Positions 60,121 to 64,000 of a stretch of DNA of 64,000 bases are shown piece by piece. Source of the stretch: Promethearchaeota archaeon (lineage in GTDB: Archaea; Asgardarchaeota; Lokiarchaeia; Sigyniarchaeales; SOKP01). Under the pieces are notes generated by a model that saw nothing but the letters and a program-made list of their open reading frames with translations, was not told the DNA's origin and searched no databases. The stretch spans positions 1-64,000 of the forward strand of contig JAGXNO010000012.1 of NCBI GenBank assembly GCA_019894975.1, written 5' to 3'. Positions within the stretch are counted from its first letter, which is position 1. Each line of letters opens with the position of its first letter. Made by a program: the position numbers and the translations under genes.

Positions 60121-63100
60121 TTGTTTTCAAAAAAAATTAAAGTTCAAATTATAATTGTTATTTTACTTATTTCTTCATTCGCTTTAATATTTAGATATAA
60201 AAACCATAATAATTCTTATTTTAATGTAAATGAGCAAGATAATATTCATACTTCTGCTCAGATTTCAGAAACAAAACAATGGATAAAGAACCCTACGTTT
60301 GAATCTCCAATAGAACCTTCTTGGTATTGGAAAAATGGTACAGAAGGCGATAATTCAGATGTGAATGCCACTTCAAGCCCTGGTCAAGCAAATTTTGAAG
60401 TATTAGGGGAAACAAGAACCTTTACTGTAGTATCTGGAATTGTTAACTCCTCTACATCACCTGGTTGGAAACAATTTGATAAACCAAGTTTTCTTCAACC
60501 GGATACAGCAGAAATTCGATCTTATGGGTGTTTTGTTTATCATTATTGGTATGATGATCCTAATCAGTTTCCAAGTGTTCAATGGAGAACAAATATAAGT
60601 ATGCCAATAGATATGTCTGATTATATTATAACTTCCGCATCTTTAGAGGTTATTGTAAATGCAACTGTTAGTAGTGATGTTGATACTCCAAATGATGGCG
60701 CTTACTGGGAAAATTTTGCAATAGGAGATTCTGTAACATATTATGCTCAAATTACAGATCTAGAGTATAATGCACCAATTTATACCGTTGCTTCAAATAA
60801 AACGAGATATTTAGGGCAAAATTCTCCTCCAATATTAACTTTAACCAATAAATCATTAGATCCAGTTAGTGAGGTTGATATAATTGCTGCTTTAAATTCT
60901 GCTTTTGAAAAAGATTCCTCACATTCAAATTTCACGCTTACTTTAGGAATTGATATATATTGTGAAGATAACCTTCAATCTAGTGATCCTGATACTTTTA
61001 ATGAATTAATAATTAAAACCTGTAATCTAACTTTTACAGTTATGAAAAAAATTGATCAATCTACAACATTGTCATGGAATCAAATCGGTGATGAAATCAC
61101 GGGGACTAGTGTACAAATCATAGATGCGAATTTTAACTTTAAATATAAAGTTGATAAAATTTGGCCAACGTCTGCACCTCTTTCTGAACTAAGATTTTAT
61201 ATAAATAATAAGAGTTATGATGCTGGAATAATTAAGTTATCTTCTGCAACTACATCTTTTCAAGAAGCAAAATCTGGGGGATTTGATGTAACTGATTTAA
61301 TTACTGCTAACGTTAATATTTCCGTTTCAATAGAAGTATTTCTTAAAGACACATTTGAACTAGATGAAGTATATATTATTTCAATTGATGAAGTTTATCT
61401 AAACATCTCGTATATAAAAACCTTTCCAGATTACGGAAGTGAGTTACAATTGTTTTTAAATAAAGAAAATAAAACTACTGATCCCATGATACAGATATCT
61501 TATTTTGACACATTAAATATTACTGTTACTTATAAAGAAAATGAAACAGGAAATCATATTTCAAATTCTACTGTAAAAATTGAGGGAAAAGTATCTGATA
61601 AGCTAGAGGAAGATGAAATATTTGAACATTATTATATTCTTATTAATACTTCAGAATTAGGACTTGGAGCAAGTGTTTTAACTATAAGTGCTCAAAAAGA
61701 TAATTATGAGGTTAAGAGTGTTCAGATTTATATTGAAGTAATTGAGCAACCAACAGAACTTCAATTAGTAATAGATGATATTCAGAGAAGTAGCAAAGAG
61801 ACTATCGATGTTAAATTCAATGAATTGTTAAATGTTACTGTATTTTTTAAAGATAACCTTACAAATACCCATATCAATGGAGCTACAGTTAATTTATTAG
61901 GTATTGGAAATTTCAGTGAAACAATTAATCATTATAACTTAACTTTAAACACTAATGATTTAAATCAAGGAATTAATATCCTAACTATTTTTGCACAATT
62001 AGATAATTATCAATCTCAAACAATTCAATTCTTCATAAATGTAATAGAAATAGCAACAGAATTATTGATGTTTTTAGATGGAAACCAAACATATGTTCGT
62101 GATACGATTTACAATCAAATTGATGAGTTTATCAACATATCTGTTTATTATCGAAACAATAACACAAAAGAACATATAATTGGGGCAAGTGTTGATTTAT
62201 TGGGGTTTGGAAGTTTAGACGAATTAAATAATCAATATAATTTTTCCTTGAACACTAATGATTTAGTTCGGGGTATTAATGTATTAACTATTTATGCTCA
62301 ACTAAATAATTATCAATCCCAGACTTTTCAGTTTTTCATTAGTATTGAAGAAAGAGGTACAAATTTACTTCTCTTCATTGATGAAGTTCAAGAATATCCC
62401 AGTGACACTTTCAACACTCAATTTGATGAAATTATAAATATAACTGTTTTATATCGTGATGATAACACAAATATGGACATAAGTGGAGCGAGTGTAGAAT
62501 TATTAGGAATAGGATTTCTAAATGAGACTTCAAATCAATATAATATCTCAATAAGTACTAACATTTTAGAAAAAGGGATAAATATTTTAACAATTTTTGC
62601 TCAATTAAGTGGTTATCAGCATAAAACAATTCAATTTTTTATAAATGTTGATGACAGGGCAACAGAATTATTATTATATATAGATGGTGTTCAATTGAAT
62701 GATAGTGATACAATTCAAGTAGAAATTGATGAAAATATTAATATAACTACTTTATTTCGTGATAAAATTACGAATTTACATTTAGGTGGGGCGAGTATAG
62801 AATTATTAGGAATAGGATTTCTAAATGAAACTTCAAATCAATATAATATTACGATTAATTCTAATGATTTAGAGCTAGGAATTAATATATTAACGATATT
62901 TACTCAGCTAAACAATTATCAACCGAATTCAATTCAAATTTTTGTTGATGTGGTTAATAAAGTAACTAATCTAATTGTATGTTTAAATGGAATAGATAAA
63001 ACCAATGATCCTGTATTAACTCTTCCAATTAATAGTCTATTAAATTTAACTATAAAGTATTTACATAATCAAACGGGCCTTGAAATAAGTGGAGCATTGT

Positions 63101-63888
63101 TACAATTGATCGGTGAGGGCCTCATTGAAAATATAAATGAGAATGTTAATTTTTCACAATATTCATTTATTCTCAATACAACAAATTTAGGGATTGGAGT
63201 AAGGTTATTTACAATTGTGGCTCAAGCTACAGATTTTCAGATAAGTACAGTTGATATTAGAATAACTGTTAATAGAATTAGCACATCAATAAACACACTT
63301 TCTGGAGAAACATATTTTGATATTAGTTCAGAAGATGATTTTCTCATACAAATTGTCCTTAATAACACTGATTTTGGTGAAATTATTAAAAATGCAACAG
63401 TTACTTATCGTTGGGAACGAGGTCAAGGAGAATTGGTTGATTTAGATAATGATGGCATTTATGAAGTAGTACTACGGAATCTGCCTGCTGGCTCATATGT
63501 TATAATCATAAATGCTTATGCCGGAGAAGATTATGAATTTGAAACTTTTGAAATAATTTTAAATGCTAGAGCAAAACCCGGATTTGATTATACATTTATT
63601 ATAATTCTACTATCAATTGGGATCCTTGGACTTGGAACCTACTTCGTTTTATATCAAAAATATTTTAAATACCCTCCAAAAGTGAGGAAAATAAGAAAGT
63701 TGAGAAAGAAAATTAGTAAAAATAAAAGGTTAAATCCTATTTCACTTCAAACACGGGATGATATTATTAGAAGTAAAATACAAATGAATAAACAAATGTT
63801 AGAACAAGAAAAAATATCGCCGGAGACAAAAATTCAAGTTGAGGATTCAGATGTAAAAAAAAAAGAAGGAGGAGGAGTTATTGAGTAA
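60121..63888 (+). CDS. Large type I membrane surface glycoprotein with tandem ~100-aa Ig-like repeats
   Basis: Signal anchor; repeats of T.L.L..DG...NITV.Y.D..T..HI.GA.V.L.G...NTNDL..GIN.LTIFAQ; many N-x-S/T sequons; TM helix and basic cytoplasmic tail. Confidence 0.87.
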   Translation: MFSKKIKVQIIIVILLISSFALIFRYKNHNNSYFNVNEQDNIHTSAQISETKQWIKNPTFESPIEPSWYWKNGTEGDNSDVNATSSPGQANFEVLGETRTFTVVSGIVNSSTSPGWKQFDKPSFLQPDTAEIRSYGCFVYHYWYDDPNQFPSVQWRTNISMPIDMSDYIITSASLEVIVNATVSSDVDTPNDGAYWENFAIGDSVTYYAQITDLEYNAPIYTVASNKTRYLGQNSPPILTLTNKSLDPVSEVDIIAALNSAFEKDSSHSNFTLTLGIDIYCEDNLQSSDPDTFNELIIKTCNLTFTVMKKIDQSTTLSWNQIGDEITGTSVQIIDANFNFKYKVDKIWPTSAPLSELRFYINNKSYDAGIIKLSSATTSFQEAKSGGFDVTDLITANVNISVSIEVFLKDTFELDEVYIISIDEVYLNISYIKTFPDYGSELQLFLNKENKTTDPMIQISYFDTLNITVTYKENETGNHISNSTVKIEGKVSDKLEEDEIFEHYYILINTSELGLGASVLTISAQKDNYEVKSVQIYIEVIEQPTELQLVIDDIQRSSKETIDVKFNELLNVTVFFKDNLTNTHINGATVNLLGIGNFSETINHYNLTLNTNDLNQGINILTIFAQLDNYQSQTIQFFINVIEIATELLMFLDGNQTYVRDTIYNQIDEFINISVYYRNNNTKEHIIGASVDLLGFGSLDELNNQYNFSLNTNDLVRGINVLTIYAQLNNYQSQTFQFFISIEERGTNLLLFIDEVQEYPSDTFNTQFDEIINITVLYRDDNTNMDISGASVELLGIGFLNETSNQYNISISTNILEKGINILTIFAQLSGYQHKTIQFFINVDDRATELLLYIDGVQLNDSDTIQVEIDENINITTLFRDKITNLHLGGASIELLGIGFLNETSNQYNITINSNDLELGINILTIFTQLNNYQPNSIQIFVDVVNKVTNLIVCLNGIDKTNDPVLTLPINSLLNLTIKYLHNQTGLEISGALLQLIGEGLIENINENVNFSQYSFILNTTNLGIGVRLFTIVAQATDFQISTVDIRITVNRISTSINTLSGETYFDISSEDDFLIQIVLNNTDFGEIIKNATVTYRWERGQGELVDLDNDGIYEVVLRNLPAGSYVIIINAYAGEDYEFETFEIILNARAKPGFDYTFIIILLSIGILGLGTYFVLYQKYFKYPPKVRKIRKLRKKISKNKRLNPISLQTRDDIIRSKIQMNKQMLEQEKISPETKIQVEDSDVKKKEGGGVIE

Positions 63889-63912
63889 ATTGAAGCGGGG
63901 GTGTCAAAATTG

Positions 63913-64000
63913 ATGCGAAAAAATTATAGAACTATTATTTTAATTATTCTCCTTACCTTTTCCTCACTGATATTTCCTTTCTTTAGCTTATTTAGTAATA
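63913..64000 (+). CDS. N-terminus of a secreted or membrane protein (3' partial)
   Basis: GGGGTG RBS; MRKNYRTIILIILLTFSSLIFPFFSLFSN is signal-peptide-like and open to the window end. Confidence 0.6.
   Translation, partial: MRKNYRTIILIILLTFSSLIFPFFSLFSN

Noticed and set aside
1-64000. CRISPR arrays, IS elements/transposases, integrases, prophage genes, rRNA
   Set aside because: No repeat-spacer periodicity, terminal inverted repeats or relevant protein motifs seen. The repeats found are protein-coding or gene duplications.

Overview
AT-rich archaeal DNA whose gene content points to an Asgard archaeon, most likely Lokiarchaeia/Promethearchaeia. The indicators are a gelsolin-domain protein, longin and roadblock domains, Rab-like small GTPases, a Loki-CTERM-like tail, a BHB-intron tRNA and the AcnX/UbiD mevalonate pathway. 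The window holds about 50 genes: ETF subunits, a Zn/Cd P1B-ATPase, serA, hisB, GH4 and GH38 glycosidases, two orphan DNA methyltransferases, a near-complete archaeal mevalonate/isoprenoid cluster (34792-48677), a GCS2-fold ligase plus amidohydrolase pair, and large surface proteins. Top finding: the 'hypothetical' ORF 25303-26163 appears to be a truncated call of a 306-aa selenoprotein. It has a GGAGGT ribosome-binding site, an ATA start at 25243, an in-frame TGA at codon 14, and a eukaryote-like AUGA/AAA/GA SECIS hairpin immediately after the stop. It does not resemble the Loki selenoprotein families I know. Other notable items: tandem 7TM-longin fusions, an HMG-CoA synthase with a DUF35-like fusion, a tRNA-Leu whose 32/33 intron duplicates the anticodon arm, recurrent ATA/ATT start codons, and a junction that removed the 5' ends of two divergent genes. 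All calls come from reading motifs by eye; no database searches were run.
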